From contig NW_024704742.1 of assembly GCF_018977255.1 (NCBI RefSeq), forward strand, positions 58,840,001 to 58,904,000: a DNA stretch of 64,000 bases, in the 5' to 3' direction. Below are positions 62,211 through 64,000 of the stretch, one piece after another (position 1 is the stretch's first letter; each line of letters starts with the position of its first letter). The notes below the pieces were generated by a model. The model saw only the letters and a list, made by a program, of their open reading frames with translations, ran no database searches and was not told where the DNA came from. Source of the DNA: Callorhinchus milii. Lineage: Eukaryota. A program made the position numbers and the translations under genes.

Positions 62211-63985
62211 CTCTGCAATGCTCTGTCTCCATTTCTTGTCCCGGCAACCAGAACTGTATACATTCTAGCCAGAGCACTATACAACCCGAAACCGAAGGGG
62301 AATCTGAACTCAACTGCTTGACATTAGAACCCATCATAATTTATTGAGGAAAAAAAGGGCTGGAAACTAAAACTAATGTTACCAACTCAAGATTTTACAC
62401 ATTAGTTTTAACAAGTAATCTATTAAATGTCTAAATTTAAATCACTTACTGCTTGCAATGGAGACTGGGGACTTAATTCATCTTCAAACGGCACAAATGA
62501 GTATCCAGGGCCTTGAAGAAGTAACGTAACTCTTATAAACACATGGCGAATGCCACATCTTACGTTGTTAAAATGCTGTAAACTGCCCGATGGTGCAAAA
62601 ATAAATAGCAAAAAGTGAGCGTTTTAGACTGAATGACTTGTAACAGTGAAAATACCTGCATTGGAACATTCTCTAACACAACGCACGTGGAGTATAATTT
62701 GCAGCGCTTCTTAACAAGAATCGTGACATTAACATTCCTGCCGGCCAGCAGGAACTCTGATCCAAAAGTAGATCCAACAACAGCAACAACTTGCATTTAT
62801 TTATATATCGTCCCTCATGGGGGGTAGCATCCTGGAATGCTCTGATCCCATCAGAATATAGACAATGATGTACTCGCAGTTGCTAGAAGGAAGCCCCGTT
62901 TGCATGACTAAAATTCCTTATTAAGGAATCCCACTGAGAAATACAGTCCTGCAATTTAGACCAAATTATTCATTGAGTCACTCATATATGGGTGGACGCA
63001 ACTCTGAAAGATGACCTCCGAAAACGCAACTTTTATTTTATAGGGCACGTTAATAAGAGAGAAAATATTCTGGATCTCAATCCCAACTCTCAAAACATAA
63101 GTATTGTTCATTCCTCTATCCAATATCTCCCAAGAGATTTTTGCTTTTTATGTTTGCACTATCAGATATAATGAACCAACTCTAATTTCCCCCCCATTAT
63201 TTTTTGCTATCGAAGAAAAGTAGGACATCTGCACACTCATAGTTTATTATAATTCCCACCAGTGGTGCAGTGAAGACCTTTTGCTTTGTGATACTTTGCC
63301 AGTGAAGCACTGTAAGAAATACTGCAGCACAAAGGGTGCCTTGCACAATAACTAACAGCCGGCAAATTAAACTATTTGCTTTCAGTCAAGAGTTTGGTGC
63401 TACTGGAGGGAACAGGTAAGAATATGTACACGGGGCAATCTTATCCTCTCAGACTTCACTGTCAGGAAATACTTCTGAGATATACACTCAATGTACGATG
63501 TCCAACAACAACAAAATTACATTTGTATAGAGTCTTTCATGTCAGGAGGACATCCAACAAAGAAGTTTTACCTTACGTAAGAATATCTTAAAAGAAAAAT
63601 ACAGATGATGCGAGTTGAAGACAAAGGAGAATACATTGGTTTCAGATATTAAAGGCTCAAGCAGTTTCCAGTAAAACCACTGCAATTTTTTCCAACAAGA
63701 AAAATCAGAACAAAAACCTAAATCAGATGTTTCATCCCTACATTATATCTCAGATTTCATTGAAAATTGTTTTCCCCTTGCACTGCAACAGAGGGAGGAA
63801 GACTCTTCAAATGAAAATTCACATGTCAAACTCCAAATAAGCGATTCCCTGATACGTCACAATAGGCAGTAGGTGTTGGCAGGTCAGCACCCAAACCCCC
63901 CCACATGATACATTCCCAGCCTCAGTATGGCCAGAGGTCAGCTGCTTCCCAATGCAATGTGGGTGGGAAGAAAATCAAGAGAGAT

Positions 63986-64000
63986 GTGGAGTCCTATAGC
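63986..64000 (+). mobile_element. 5' start of another tRNA-derived SINE (runs off the window)
   Basis: gtggagtcctatagc matches the SINE 5' end. Confidence 0.65.

Overview
Eukaryotic (vertebrate) non-coding DNA, intronic or intergenic, densely populated by retroposons. The repeat repertoire points to a cartilaginous fish, probably a holocephalan such as Callorhinchus milii; this is an inference from recalled family features, not a database result. I recognise no host protein-coding gene, functional RNA gene or CRISPR array. The only recognisable peptides are decayed LINE reverse-transcriptase C-termini (L2 at about 0.5, 6.2-7.1, 7.8-8.4 and 40.7-41.0 kb; CR1 at 10.1-10.4 kb). Three SINE layers are visible: (i) a young tRNA-Ala-headed SINE with a CORE-like middle, a Deu-like 3' part and an L2-type stem-loop/(ATT)n tail, present as 12 copies in a long form and a ~65-bp-deleted form; (ii) an older, abundant Deu-domain SINE; (iii) a very old ~400-bp SINE-like family I cannot name. 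The most notable observations are two copies of upstream flanking DNA inserted inside SINEs, repeated antisense insertions at the same positions of the Deu-SINE, and covariation of the L2/SINE 3' stem-loop. Also present are a palindromic MITE, minisatellites, CTCF-like motifs, a duplicated 27-mer carrying ATF4/C-EBP-type sites, and several unverified candidate short exons. I cannot support a wholly novel biological system from this sequence alone. Boundaries of diverged repeats are approximate.
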